DNA from: a virus
Lineage: Duplodnaviria; Caudoviricetes
DNA length: 37,783 nt
Virus record (IMG/VR): IMGVR_UViG_3300048851_000198
Coordinates: 1 to 37,783 of that record
Strand: one strand, 5' to 3'
Part shown: positions 24,652 to 34,590 of the stretch, piece after piece
How positions within the stretch are numbered: position 1 is the first letter of the stretch
How the letters are laid out: each line of letters opens with the position of its first letter
Translations under genes and position numbers: made by a program
The notes under the pieces: generated by a model
Told to the model about the DNA's origin: nothing
The model's database searches: none
The model's input: only the letters and a program-made list of their open reading frames with translations

Positions 24652-27600
24652 TTTAGGTATTAGCGTTGGTTTTATACCAGATGATAGCGGTGCCAGAGTA
24701 ATCAAGCGCTCCCTTGATGATATGAACTCGGCAGGCAGAAACGCCTCTAATGAAAACAAACGCCTCGAACAACAGATAAGATCAACTACAAACGCTGCTC
24801 ATAGCTTGGGTAATGCGTTTAAGACGATGTTCGCCGCTTATGGTGTTAGAGAAATTATAAACATGGCTGATCAATATACGGTCATGGAATCCCGTATCCG
24901 TAGCATTGTCAAAACAACGCAGGAAACCACACGCGTTACGGCTGAATTGCGCAAAATATCTGCCGCAACAGGCAGCGAGATGGAAACCAGTCTTTCCATT
25001 ATGCAACGGCTGTCTTTTGTGCGCGAAGAGATTAAGGCTACAAATAATGATATGCTGGCGTTTACCGAGACCGTCACTAAATTGGGCGTAACCTCTGGTG
25101 CCTTGCCAGAAGCAATGAAAGCGGGTCTTACCCAGTTAGGACAGGCGCTATCCAGCCAGTACACACGAGCCGAAGAATTTAACTCCATTATGGAGAACAT
25201 TCCAGCCGTAGGTAAGGCGATTGCCGATGAGTTGAATGTTACCACAGGACAAATGCGCCTGCTTGTTGTAGAGGGAAAGCTTCTTTCAAGTGACGTGTTC
25301 GCTGCTATTTTAAACCAGACCGAAAAGGTGCGCCTTGAATTTGAGGAATTTCCTAAAACGGCTTCACAGGGTGCGAAACAGTTAGCCAACAGTTTCCAGC
25401 TTATTATTGCCCAGGCAAATGCGGCCACAGGTGCGACTAACGGAATAGGCATGGCCCTGCGTGGAGTGGGTGAGGGAGCAAAAGCTATTTATGACGGCCT
25501 GGGAACCGTGTTTGATTTCCTTGTAGCGGGAATTCAGGAAGGCGTAAACCTGATTTCCAAAGCTATAAACAAACTTATTGAGGGAATTAATCTCGCAAAG
25601 CAGATCGTACCTTTTGCAGATAAAACGCCGATTGGCTTGATTAATACCGTAGACGCCGGAAGTATTTTATTAGCCGCAAATGCAGGTAGAAAAGAGCGTG
25701 AGAAAGCGTTGTTCGGTGACGACTTCGCCTCGGCAATTACGCCTGATCAAAGGAAAATATCTCAGGACTACGCGAAGATTGCAGCCGGACTAAATGTGGA
25801 CAAAGAAGCTAAGAAAGCCGCCGATAAAGCAGCGCGTGAAGCACTACAGGAACAAAAGCGCCTTGAGAATGAACTGGAAAGTGCCATAAATGGATCACGA
25901 ACGGCACAGGAAAAGCTTAACGATGAGATTAAACATCTTGAGAGCTTAAAGGGCGTTGCCAAAACTGACGAACAGGTTGAATTGCTTAATCGCGGTATTC
26001 GTAACACGCAGGCAGAGATCGACAAGCTTGCCTTGAAAGCCGAACTGGATAGCCCACTTGCGAAAGGATTTGCTGCGATTGCTGATGAAGTGCAGGACGG
26101 CTTCAAGGATGCTTTCAAAGGTGCGTTCGATGGTGGAGGAAGCCTGTTCAAGAAGTTTGCAGACGGTATCAAGGCGACGTTCAAAAGCCTGTTACTTGAC
26201 CTTGCATATCAGGCGGCGGTAAGGCCGATTGTCGTGTCAGTATTAGGTGGGATCGGTGGTGCGGCTGGTATTTCCTCTAGTGCATTAGCCAGCGTTCTTG
26301 GCACTACAGGGTCGGGAACATCAGGCGGAGGTATCGGTTCATTATTTAGCACGGGATCAAGTTTGCTTTCTGCCGGTAAAGCTTTTTTATCGGGTGGCAG
26401 TATTACGAATGGCCTAGCTGGACTAGGTGTCAAAGCAAGTAATTTCCTTGGCGGTAGTTTCGGAACAAGCACTAATGTCGGAAACTTTATTTCCAATGCG
26501 GGAACGTTCGGAAATATCGCGGGCGGCTTTGCTGGGGGACTAGGGGCTAATCTTTTAGGCCTTGGCAATAAGAACGGGTATGTTAATGCCGCCACAGGAA
26601 CAATAGGTGGATTAATAGGCTCCATCGGTGGCCCTTTAGGTTCGGCTGCGGGATCGTTTATCGGTACAGCACTCGGTGGTTTATTCGGAGGCAAAGCGCC
26701 ATCAAACAAAGAACAGGCTGGTGTAATCAATCTTGCAAATATGGGTCGAGTAATAGGCGGTCAGACTGGTAAGAAATATTCAGCTGAAAACGCGAATTAC
26801 GTTGACGCTATCCTTGACAACATTCAAACGGTTTTAAAGGCCGTACAAGGCGCGGGCGGTAAAGCGAAGGGTTCCATTGAAGTCGCTGTCGGGAACCGAG
26901 ATGGACTTAAATTCAACGGAAAAAACTACGGGTATAATCAGTCGGCTTTCAACGAAGCTATCCTGAAAACACTCACCAAAAGTATTAGCGGCCTGGATAG
27001 CACCTTTACCACAATATTGAAAAAGGTTGGCGTGGCTAACGGGGGCAATCTTGCTTCCGCCTTTGAGTTCGGTCAGCAGTATAATGACACGTTAAATCCA
27101 ATGACCCCCGCTAAGATGTTAGCAGATTCGATTAAATTACTAGACGACAACATGTCGAACCTTGTTAAGACCGCCACAGCATTGGGTCTTCCAACAGAAG
27201 AATACACTAAAGCCCTGCAAAAACAAAGGGACGTAGCGGTTGGCGCGATGAAAGCGCAGACAGCCGGATTTGCCTCACTTGAGGAAATGACGAGAACATT
27301 CGACAGCTTCTTTAACAGTCAGGCGCTAGGTGAAAACTCGAGCCTTAACCCTACTGAAAAGCTCGGCGTTGCACAAAACAGCTTTGGCGATCTCCTAAAA
27401 AAGGCGCAGGGCGGTGATTTAACGGTAACGCAGGATCTTCTTTCTTCTGCAAACACGCTTTTAGGTGTAGGGCGTGATGTATATGCGTCAGGGGCCAACT
27501 TCTCTGGTCTGGAGAGCTTTGTTAAATCGTCTGTATCAGGCGTGGCAAATCAGGCTGGATACACAGGTCAGAACGTGTCCTATAGCATCGTCAGTACAAA

Positions 27601-27697
27601 CCAGATCGTTTCCAATAACATCGTTGAGATGAATGCAAAGATCACGGCCTTAACAGCGGAAATATTCCGTTTATCTAACAAGCTGGCGGCAGCATGA
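24644..27697 (+). CDS. Tape measure protein
   Basis: 1017 aa; tape_meas domain (QLGQAL....AEEFNSIMEN.P); Gly/Ala-rich middle. Confidence 0.95.
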   Translation: MVDLGISVGFIPDDSGARVIKRSLDDMNSAGRNASNENKRLEQQIRSTTNAAHSLGNAFKTMFAAYGVREIINMADQYTVMESRIRSIVKTTQETTRVTAELRKISAATGSEMETSLSIMQRLSFVREEIKATNNDMLAFTETVTKLGVTSGALPEAMKAGLTQLGQALSSQYTRAEEFNSIMENIPAVGKAIADELNVTTGQMRLLVVEGKLLSSDVFAAILNQTEKVRLEFEEFPKTASQGAKQLANSFQLIIAQANAATGATNGIGMALRGVGEGAKAIYDGLGTVFDFLVAGIQEGVNLISKAINKLIEGINLAKQIVPFADKTPIGLINTVDAGSILLAANAGRKEREKALFGDDFASAITPDQRKISQDYAKIAAGLNVDKEAKKAADKAAREALQEQKRLENELESAINGSRTAQEKLNDEIKHLESLKGVAKTDEQVELLNRGIRNTQAEIDKLALKAELDSPLAKGFAAIADEVQDGFKDAFKGAFDGGGSLFKKFADGIKATFKSLLLDLAYQAAVRPIVVSVLGGIGGAAGISSSALASVLGTTGSGTSGGGIGSLFSTGSSLLSAGKAFLSGGSITNGLAGLGVKASNFLGGSFGTSTNVGNFISNAGTFGNIAGGFAGGLGANLLGLGNKNGYVNAATGTIGGLIGSIGGPLGSAAGSFIGTALGGLFGGKAPSNKEQAGVINLANMGRVIGGQTGKKYSAENANYVDAILDNIQTVLKAVQGAGGKAKGSIEVAVGNRDGLKFNGKNYGYNQSAFNEAILKTLTKSISGLDSTFTTILKKVGVANGGNLASAFEFGQQYNDTLNPMTPAKMLADSIKLLDDNMSNLVKTATALGLPTEEYTKALQKQRDVAVGAMKAQTAGFASLEEMTRTFDSFFNSQALGENSSLNPTEKLGVAQNSFGDLLKKAQGGDLTVTQDLLSSANTLLGVGRDVYASGANFSGLESFVKSSVSGVANQAGYTGQNVSYSIVSTNQIVSNNIVEMNAKITALTAEIFRLSNKLAAA

Positions 27698-29352
27698 CCT
27701 TTGCAGTTGGATTTTACGCGCTAGGAGACTTTGATACCCGCATTTACGTTGGTACGCATGATCCGTTTGCAGCCCTCGCAAATACGCCTGATATCCAGTT
27801 GCAGTATCTTGTAGAGCTTTATCCATTCAGTGAGACACGCACAGGGAAACTTGTTACCGCGGCTATCTTTCCAGGCGTTTTGGCGTTGGGGGATTATGTT
27901 CTGCCTTATTCTGGCGGTGAAGTGAAGGAGCGGCTTTCAGATAAAGGCTTTATCTCCAAACCAACCGATAGCGATCCAAACCGTATCTTCCTTGGACGCG
28001 TAAATAACCCCTTGCAGTTTGACAGCAACATCCTTTCGGGTGACGGTTTTAGCGGCGGAAGCCAGTCTTTCGGTGGCATTGAGATTGTAAATGCCGATGG
28101 CGAATTTGACAGGTTTTATGATTATCACTGGTCAGGTCGCAGGGTAGTAGTGAAAGCGGGATCAGATGACTTTGAATATGACGACTTTGCAGCAATTCTT
28201 GACGGGTCTATTGATAACATTGAGGGCGATGACGCAAGGCTTGTTCTTACGATAAGAGACAATCGGTCAAAGGTTGAAAAGCCGATCCGATCTGGTGTTT
28301 ACGGCGGGTCAGGTCTCAAGGATGGTATGATCGAGATTAAAGGACAGCAAAAGCCGCTATGTTTTGGGGTGGTCAGAAACGCGCCTCCAGTGCTTATTGA
28401 TTATGCTACACAGCTTTACCAGATACATGACGGTGCTATAGCTTCAGTTGAAAACGTTTATGATCGTGGGATCACGCTTGACTACGCAGGAGATGTCGCA
28501 GACATTACAACGGCAACCCCTGGAGCCAGCCAGTACGCTACGCAATTATCAGGCGGATATATAAAGCTTGGCTCAACTCCAGCAGGGCAGGTGACGTGTG
28601 ATTTACACGGTGAAGGTTCGAGTTCCAGCGCCGATCTCGCCTTACGCATCCTGAAAACCAAAATGGGGGTTTATTCGCTTTCGTCCAGTGACATAGACGA
28701 AGGATCATTTGCCCGTCTTACACTTATTTTGACTGGCGATGCAGGGATTTTCATTGATGCTGAAATGACTGGCGCAGATGTTCTTGACCTTCTGTTCAAT
28801 AACTCGGCGGCTTACTGGAGCTTTACCCGTCAAGGCATGTTATTCGCTGGGGCAGTTTTATCACCTGGAGGCGCAACAGCCGATGTTCAGAACATTGACA
28901 TTGCAGGGCTGAAAGCACAGCAGACAATTACCCCGACATGGCGCATCAAAGTCGGATATTCCCCTTCCACAGCTGTTCAGAGTGTTGACGATCTGGCAGG
29001 CGGCGCAACAGCCGATGTTCAGAACTTCGTGACAGAAGAATACCGTTACCTGACCTATGAAAACGAAACGGTAAGGTTAAAAAACAACGTAGCGTCCGAG
29101 AGGGTCTTTAATACAAATCTCGCAGATGAAGCGGATGCACAGGTTTTACTTGACCGTCTGGCGGCAATCTACAGCGTCAAAAGGATGGTGTTTCAGGTAA
29201 CGGTTTATAAAACCCTCTATCGCTATTTTATCGGGGATATGGTACGGTTAAAATATGATCGGTATGGACTGGAAAACGGCAGGAACTTTATGATTGTCGG
29301 TGTGTCCGATAACGCCGCTACGGGTCAAACCGTCTTTAGTTTGTGGGGATAA
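27694..29352 (+). CDS. Tail tip/baseplate hub protein
   Basis: After the tape measure; KPLCFG.VRN.PPVLID...YQ.HDG...VYDRG; ends in LWG. Confidence 0.75.
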   Translation: MTFAVGFYALGDFDTRIYVGTHDPFAALANTPDIQLQYLVELYPFSETRTGKLVTAAIFPGVLALGDYVLPYSGGEVKERLSDKGFISKPTDSDPNRIFLGRVNNPLQFDSNILSGDGFSGGSQSFGGIEIVNADGEFDRFYDYHWSGRRVVVKAGSDDFEYDDFAAILDGSIDNIEGDDARLVLTIRDNRSKVEKPIRSGVYGGSGLKDGMIEIKGQQKPLCFGVVRNAPPVLIDYATQLYQIHDGAIASVENVYDRGITLDYAGDVADITTATPGASQYATQLSGGYIKLGSTPAGQVTCDLHGEGSSSSADLALRILKTKMGVYSLSSSDIDEGSFARLTLILTGDAGIFIDAEMTGADVLDLLFNNSAAYWSFTRQGMLFAGAVLSPGGATADVQNIDIAGLKAQQTITPTWRIKVGYSPSTAVQSVDDLAGGATADVQNFVTEEYRYLTYENETVRLKNNVASERVFNTNLADEADAQVLLDRLAAIYSVKRMVFQVTVYKTLYRYFIGDMVRLKYDRYGLENGRNFMIVGVSDNAATGQTVFSLWG

Positions 29353-29353
29353 A

Positions 29354-30118
29354 ATGGAACGCATGCTATTAGCCACAGGCACCCTATCGGACGCAGCAAT
29401 CATCACTGGCCCCACAGGCGCGGGTGATCTCACAATTGATAATCTAAAAAGACAATCCTTGCAGGAACCGTATAGAATAATCGGTAATTCCGCTGTTATT
29501 GACATTGATCTATTAAACGCAGTACCTGTAAACGTAATTGCCTTAATAGGTCATAACGGATCGGCGGGCGGAACGGTTCAAGTAACGGCCTCAAACACAT
29601 TCGGAGGTTACGCTTATAATAGCGGTGTTCTGCCGTTTGTAACGGGGCCGAAGCAGTTTGATAAAAGTTTGTTTTTCTTGTTTACAGACCAGACATTCCG
29701 ATACTGGCGTATTACAATCACAGACAATCAGGATTATATCGAAATCGGTCGCCTTTACATCTCAAATGCTTTCCAGCCCTCATATAACATGATTTGGGGA
29801 TTTCAGCAGGGCTTTACCGATGCTTCGCAGGAATATGAGACAATAAGCGGTGATAGCATTTCGCTAAAACGTAAGAAAAAGCGGTTCGCTGAATTATCAT
29901 TGGAAGATTTAAGCGAGGATGAGGTCTTTGCGGAATTATATCCGTTAGACAAAATGATCGGCACAAGTGGAGACGTATTATTCATTCCAAAACCAGATGA
30001 AATTACACACTTACAATTCAATGCAATTTATGGCAAAATAGAAGCATTGCAGCCGAATGCGTTGACGGCTTACAACAGATTTAGCCGACAGTTCCGAATT
30101 AAGGAGTTACTGCCATGA
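29354..30118 (+). CDS. Tail protein (distal/galactose-binding-like; start 29354)
   Basis: ALIGHN...RYWRITI.D...YIEIGRL....FQP.YN. Confidence 0.7.
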   Translation: MERMLLATGTLSDAAIITGPTGAGDLTIDNLKRQSLQEPYRIIGNSAVIDIDLLNAVPVNVIALIGHNGSAGGTVQVTASNTFGGYAYNSGVLPFVTGPKQFDKSLFFLFTDQTFRYWRITITDNQDYIEIGRLYISNAFQPSYNMIWGFQQGFTDASQEYETISGDSISLKRKKKRFAELSLEDLSEDEVFAELYPLDKMIGTSGDVLFIPKPDEITHLQFNAIYGKIEALQPNALTAYNRFSRQFRIKELLP

Positions 30119-31242
30119 CGATTAAAGTATTAGACAGGGCTTTCGAGACAACTACAACTACCGGAACGGGAGTAATCACGCTTGCGGGTGCGCAACAGGG
30201 TTTTGTATCTTTTGCCACGGCTGGTAACGGCGCAAAAGTGCTTTATCAGATTAATGATGGTGATACCACGGGGCTTGTTCAAAACTGGGAAATCGGTATA
30301 GGAACGGTAACAACAGGCACACCAAATACCCTTACGCGTTCAACCGTTTTAAAATCAAGCAATAATAACTCACCTGTAAACTTTGGTTCAGGTGTCAAAA
30401 ATATCATTGGTTCTATAGCTGGACTAACCTTAGCTACACGCGATGAAAACCTGAATTTTGTTGAGGGATTTGGAATTGGGGGTGGTACGGCAAATGCTCA
30501 CACTGTTACCGTGCCAGTTACGCCATTGGGTTATTCCGACGGGATGGAGATTAATTATTTCGCAACAGTAGCTAATACTGGAGCAATGACCATAAACGTG
30601 AATGGCCTGGGCGTTAAATCGGCGAAGCTAAGCGGTGCAGACGTTCCCGCTGGATATATCGGTGTTGGGTCACTTGTTTCTGGACGGTATCGCACGTCCT
30701 CAGGCTTTATCGAGTTAAGCGGTGGAGCTACCATTGGTCAGGGCGCAAAGGCAGATAGTGCAATACAACCAGCGACGGGCCAGATACTGCGACGGGTAGT
30801 GATAGAGGATGCAACGGTTGCTGGCGCTGGAACGGCTATGGCAATTAGCTCCGCCCCCTCAAATACCGCTGGAGATTTACTTATTACATTGAACGTTCCT
30901 GCTAGAACACGGGCTGGTAGCAAAATGTATCTAGAGATGTCCATGTTTTGTGGCAATGCCGTCACAGGTGCGGCAGGTGTTGGGGCGGTAGTCGCGTTTT
31001 TTTTAAACTCGACAGCAACGGCTTTTGCCATGGCAGTAGAGTATAACAGCTTCACCAACGGATCAGGGTCAGTTTATCTGATTAAAAAAATGGAAGTTCC
31101 AATTGTGAGTGATACCGGAAACACCGTTCCTGTAAGGGTTGGCAGAAATGGCGGTGCATCATGGTATATAAATCGGACATTTTCTGATGCGGTTATCTTT
31201 GGTGCCAAAACAGTATTCACATTTACGGAGGTGGCGGCATGA
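30115..31242 (+). CDS. Tail fibre/receptor-binding protein
   Basis: DRAFETTTTTGTG.ITL.GA..GF..F...WEIGIGT N-terminus; GGTANA...NTGA.TINVNGLG module; beta-rich C-terminus. Confidence 0.75.
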   Translation: MTIKVLDRAFETTTTTGTGVITLAGAQQGFVSFATAGNGAKVLYQINDGDTTGLVQNWEIGIGTVTTGTPNTLTRSTVLKSSNNNSPVNFGSGVKNIIGSIAGLTLATRDENLNFVEGFGIGGGTANAHTVTVPVTPLGYSDGMEINYFATVANTGAMTINVNGLGVKSAKLSGADVPAGYIGVGSLVSGRYRTSSGFIELSGGATIGQGAKADSAIQPATGQILRRVVIEDATVAGAGTAMAISSAPSNTAGDLLITLNVPARTRAGSKMYLEMSMFCGNAVTGAAGVGAVVAFFLNSTATAFAMAVEYNSFTNGSGSVYLIKKMEVPIVSDTGNTVPVRVGRNGGASWYINRTFSDAVIFGAKTVFTFTEVAA

Positions 31243-31517
31243 GGTGGTTTGCTGACATGACGGGTCAATTCATTCTTGGCTCGGAAGATAATATGCCAGA
31301 AGGTGACGAAGGTATTGACTGGCAGGAGACAACGGTTCCGCTTGGTGGTGATGTTTTGTGGGATGGCATCCAGTGGGTCGAATTACCCCAACAGGAAACA
31401 CCAGAACCGACGCCTATTAACGTAATCCCCTATATCGGCACCAACACGACCATGAAGAAAAAGAAATGGGAAATCGTGATGACCGATAATGGCGTGGGAT
31501 TCAGGGAGAAGCCATGA
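31239..31517 (+). CDS. Small tail-associated protein (fibre chaperone-like)
   Basis: ATGA overlaps; WDG.QW motif. Confidence 0.55.
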   Translation: MRWFADMTGQFILGSEDNMPEGDEGIDWQETTVPLGGDVLWDGIQWVELPQQETPEPTPINVIPYIGTNTTMKKKKWEIVMTDNGVGFREKP

Positions 31518-32062
31518 CAGCTAAACTAGAGGCCACAACGGAAAAGAACACAAACGACATCCAGGCGCTTGCCTTACAGGTAACCCGTGTCGTAACTATT
31601 GTTGAGAACTCAGAAAAGCGCCACGAAGGTGACGTAAATATGTGGCGTGAGGCCATAGCGGGAATAAGCAAACTAAATGAGAGTGTATCGAAAACGCTCT
31701 TACTGGAGAAAGACGTTGCAGCAGCAAAAGAGACGATGGCAGAATTAAAAAGCGACATTCGGGTGGTACGTCATGATGTAGGCAACCTTCAAAATGCACA
31801 GAATGCAATCCCCATACATCAGGCGGCAATTGCGAAACTTGAGGCAAAGATAATTGCTCTGGAAGTCATACGGGATAAGATTTCAGGCGGTGCTATGGCC
31901 CTTGGATTTGGGAGTAAGGTTCTCTGGACTGTGTTTGGTGGTGCCATCATTGCTTTAGGCGGCTACCTGATTGATACCTATATGGACCGAAACGTTACGA
32001 CTATATCCGCACCTTCACAAATTGAGATAACTGCTCCGGTGGAAAATGACAACCCGCAATAG
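31514..32062 (+). CDS. Coiled-coil membrane protein, holin/antiholin candidate
   Basis: One C-proximal TM segment; directly upstream of the endolysin. Confidence 0.5.
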   Translation: MTAKLEATTEKNTNDIQALALQVTRVVTIVENSEKRHEGDVNMWREAIAGISKLNESVSKTLLLEKDVAAAKETMAELKSDIRVVRHDVGNLQNAQNAIPIHQAAIAKLEAKIIALEVIRDKISGGAMALGFGSKVLWTVFGGAIIALGGYLIDTYMDRNVTTISAPSQIEITAPVENDNPQ

Positions 32063-32567
32063 CTTTTCGACTACTAGCAAGGTCGCTGGAGGATTAATCG
32101 GCGCGGCAATGCTTATAGCCGTTCCCTTCATTGTGGAGAAAGAGGGCGAGAGCCTTAAGGCTTATCGTGATGTGGCTGGCGTATGGACTATATGCCATGG
32201 CGAAACGCTTGGCGTGAAAAAGGGTGACGTAAAGACCAAAGAAGCCTGCCGACAAATGACCCAGACGAGAACGGGACAGTTTATGGCTAACGTTGCAAAG
32301 GAAATCAAAGTGACCGTATCACCGGAAACCCTCGCGGCGCATACAAGCTTTGCGTATAATATCGGGGTAAACGGCTATCGCACATCACAGGCGCTTAAGC
32401 TCACAAATCAGAATAAAGTACGGTCCGGTTGCGCTGCAATGATGAACTGGTATACCGCGGGCGGAAAAGACTGTCGCGTTAAAGCAAATAATTGCTATGG
32501 TCTGATCACGCGCCGTATGTCAGAGCGTGATCTGTGTTTGAAAGGCTTGTCAAATGGGGGCTTATAA
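32046..32567 (+). CDS. GH24 lysozyme, SAR endolysin
   Basis: N-terminal Gly/Ala-rich SAR segment; E-x8-D-x5-T triad EGESLKAYRDVAGVWT; SFAYNIG; GLITRR..E. Confidence 0.93.
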   Translation: MTTRNSFSTTSKVAGGLIGAAMLIAVPFIVEKEGESLKAYRDVAGVWTICHGETLGVKKGDVKTKEACRQMTQTRTGQFMANVAKEIKVTVSPETLAAHTSFAYNIGVNGYRTSQALKLTNQNKVRSGCAAMMNWYTAGGKDCRVKANNCYGLITRRMSERDLCLKGLSNGGL

Positions 32568-32784
32568 ATGGGATGCAATATTTATTGGTGTTGTCGTAGC
32601 CGTGCTGGGCGCGTTTGGGTTCGGGTATGGCTGGGCTAATAAAAGCTGTGAGATCGAGAAGAAGGATGATAAGATCAAGGTAATTGAAAAGGTCATAACC
32701 ATTAGGGAAAAGCAGAATGAGATACGCAATAATCGTCCTAATGCCTCTGGTGTTGCTAAACGCTTGCGCGCGGGAACGTTTTGA
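32554..32784 (+). CDS. i-spanin (Rz-like)
   Basis: N-terminal TM plus short periplasmic helix after the endolysin. Confidence 0.65.
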   Translation: MGAYKWDAIFIGVVVAVLGAFGFGYGWANKSCEIEKKDDKIKVIEKVITIREKQNEIRNNRPNASGVAKRLRAGTF

Positions 32785-32932
32785 TTACCTGACGGTGGAC
32801 GTTGTTAATTACGACCAAAAGACTATGGACAAAGCGGCCACTGAAATTGAAGGTGGGTCATGCCCTGTCCTAAGTGACGTTTTTATGCCTGACTACAGCG
32901 TTATGCGAGACCAGGCCAGAGCCGCGAAGTGA
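32717..32932 (+). CDS. o-spanin lipoprotein (Rz1-like)
   Basis: Signal peptide with lipobox LNAC; overlaps the i-spanin in another frame. Confidence 0.7.
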   Translation: MRYAIIVLMPLVLLNACARERFDYLTVDVVNYDQKTMDKAATEIEGGSCPVLSDVFMPDYSVMRDQARAAK

Positions 32933-33213
32933 AATACATACCCAGTAAGATATTCTTTGCCGAGCCGCGCTGGAAAGCCTTGCGACAACGTGCGCTGCAA
33001 TACTGGGGCAGAAAGTGCATGAAGGGCGGTAACTGTGCCGGACCTATTCAGGTGGACCATGTTTTGAGCCGTAGTACCCGTCCAGATTTGCAGTGGTCGT
33101 TTAATAATCTCCAGCCGCTATGCTACCGACATAATCATGAAAAGGGACGCAAGGGCAAGCGGGATTACAGGCCGTTACTTAAACGCTGGAAATTCCGATT
33201 GCTTGGATATTAG
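32929..33213 (+). CDS. HNH endonuclease
   Basis: W..LR......C...IQVDHV...P.L....NNLQPLC..HN..KG. Confidence 0.88.
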   Translation: MKYIPSKIFFAEPRWKALRQRALQYWGRKCMKGGNCAGPIQVDHVLSRSTRPDLQWSFNNLQPLCYRHNHEKGRKGKRDYRPLLKRWKFRLLGY

Positions 33214-33269
33214 TTTTTAGTTTGAATCCTAGAAATCAATTACTTAACTTTAATGTAATCATAAAGGCC

Positions 33270-33668
33270 ATGAGTTATAACAGTAATTTCGAAAGAGGAA
33301 AAGACGGTCGGTCTAAAGTTCGTAATGTAAATGATGGAGTTGGAGGGCTTACATCGGACCTTGGTTATATAGCTGGACAGCAAGCTCGGGAGAGGGAACA
33401 ACGGCAAAGACAACAGGAAAGTGATACCAGACGGGACTGGGAAGAAACAGCCTTCCGTAGCAACCTTGAACATGAAAGATATATGGCGGGAGCTGGATAT
33501 ATCAAGAAGTGGGGTAAATGGTATGATCCGGTAACTGGTGAGCTAGTCTTTAAAAAGCCAGTAGTTGCACCACTTCCGGAACCCCTTAATACTATTATAA
33601 ATATCTTTTTAGGTATCCTGCTTATAGGTATTTTAATTGCCTTAGGCTTATTCATAGCTGCGAATTAG
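33270..33668 (+). CDS. Membrane-anchored cargo protein (start reassigned to 33270)
   Basis: C-terminal TM; TTTG(33221)-N20-TAACTTTA(33245) upstream. Confidence 0.65.
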   Translation: MSYNSNFERGKDGRSKVRNVNDGVGGLTSDLGYIAGQQAREREQRQRQQESDTRRDWEETAFRSNLEHERYMAGAGYIKKWGKWYDPVTGELVFKKPVVAPLPEPLNTIINIFLGILLIGILIALGLFIAAN

Positions 33669-33682
33669 GTTTCTACATGTCC

Positions 33683-34180
33683 TTACTTAGGCGGTGGAAG
33701 CTTGGCCTTTAGCTGCTGTTGTAATTTATTTATAGTTGCCTGGTGTTCTTTTACCTGCTGCTTAAGCTCGATGTTTTGAAGGTCCGAACTGTATTTTCCC
33801 CATGCAAAACAAATCGGGCCTATAATAGCAAGAACGCCAAGAAGTAGCGTGACTAATGAACTATTGTCAAGACGCATGAGAAAGTTTGTTTTGGGTTCTT
33901 TGTAAAGAGGCCTGGTCTTTAGCAGTTCAATGCAACCATCAAGAAACTGGGACACCTCAATAGTGTTCTTCTTAATTTGATTTTCTTCATCCCACTTATC
34001 TGCAAAAAGCAAGTCACTAAAGTCAAATCCCCTTATATATTTAAACTGTTCCGACTCGGCTCCAAAATAGTCCTTGATAAGGCTTTTGGTTATTGAAATC
34101 CAAGCATCATTGCGATTATTTTTGTTTGCGAGTTTATCTTTTTGTTCTATTAGTGAGGCGATCGCGCGTTTAGAAGTCAT
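33683..34180 (-). CDS. Membrane/coiled-coil cargo protein (start reassigned to 34180)
   Basis: Helical N-domain, TM LVTLLLGVLAIIGPICFAWG, coiled-coil tail; TTG-N20-TATCTTTA-ggc-ATG. Confidence 0.7.
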   Translation of the reverse strand: MTSKRAIASLIEQKDKLANKNNRNDAWISITKSLIKDYFGAESEQFKYIRGFDFSDLLFADKWDEENQIKKNTIEVSQFLDGCIELLKTRPLYKEPKTNFLMRLDNSSLVTLLLGVLAIIGPICFAWGKYSSDLQNIELKQQVKEHQATINKLQQQLKAKLPPPK

Positions 34181-34323
34181 GCCTAAAGATAAGGATTTTG
34201 CTCTGCGCCGCCAAGGCGACAAAGGGGGTTTTCGGTGGAGTGCGGTTGCGGGTCTGTCTGTCACAACAGGATATTTGAACATATATTTTTTAGTTGGGTA
34301 GGCCTAATCTATATTTGGGTATC

Positions 34324-34413
34324 ATGATTTCAATGCAGACGATTGTAGACGTGTCAACGATAGTTGGAGCGCTTGCAGGTTTGCTTTCTCTTTATCAGAA
34401 CAGGAGAAAGTAG
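34324..34413 (+). CDS. 29-aa hydrophobic peptide MISMQTIVDVSTIVGALAGLLSLYQNRRK, not in the ORF track
   Basis: Perfect TATATTTG at 34310-34317, 6 nt before ATG; terminator downstream. Confidence 0.55.
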   Translation: MISMQTIVDVSTIVGALAGLLSLYQNRRK

Positions 34414-34465
34414 TGGCCACAAAATCACGAATCGTAAATGAAAACTGTAAAATGAAATCGTAACA

Positions 34466-34486
34466 GAGGGGGCTTCGGCCCCTTTT
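34466..34486 (+). terminator. Intrinsic terminator
   Basis: GGGGC-TTCG-GCCCC-TTTT. Confidence 0.85.
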
Positions 34487-34535
34487 GCTTTTTGCGCCGC
34501 ACCATAAATAATATAGGTTTTCTTGAATTATATGC

Positions 34536-34564
34536 TTGACGTTTGGTAATGCTTCCGATATAGT
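34536..34564 (+). promoter_or_regulatory. Strong sigma70-type early promoter, copy 1
   Basis: TTGACG-N17-TATAGT with AT-rich upstream sequence. Confidence 0.8.
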
Positions 34565-34590
34565 AACTATATCAACAAGGGAGATACCAA

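Noticed and set aside
32929-33213. Post-lysis HNH gene as evidence for cos packaging and a nearby genome end
   Set aside because: It is not adjacent to the terminase genes and no cos site is recognisable; the packaging mode cannot be determined by eye.
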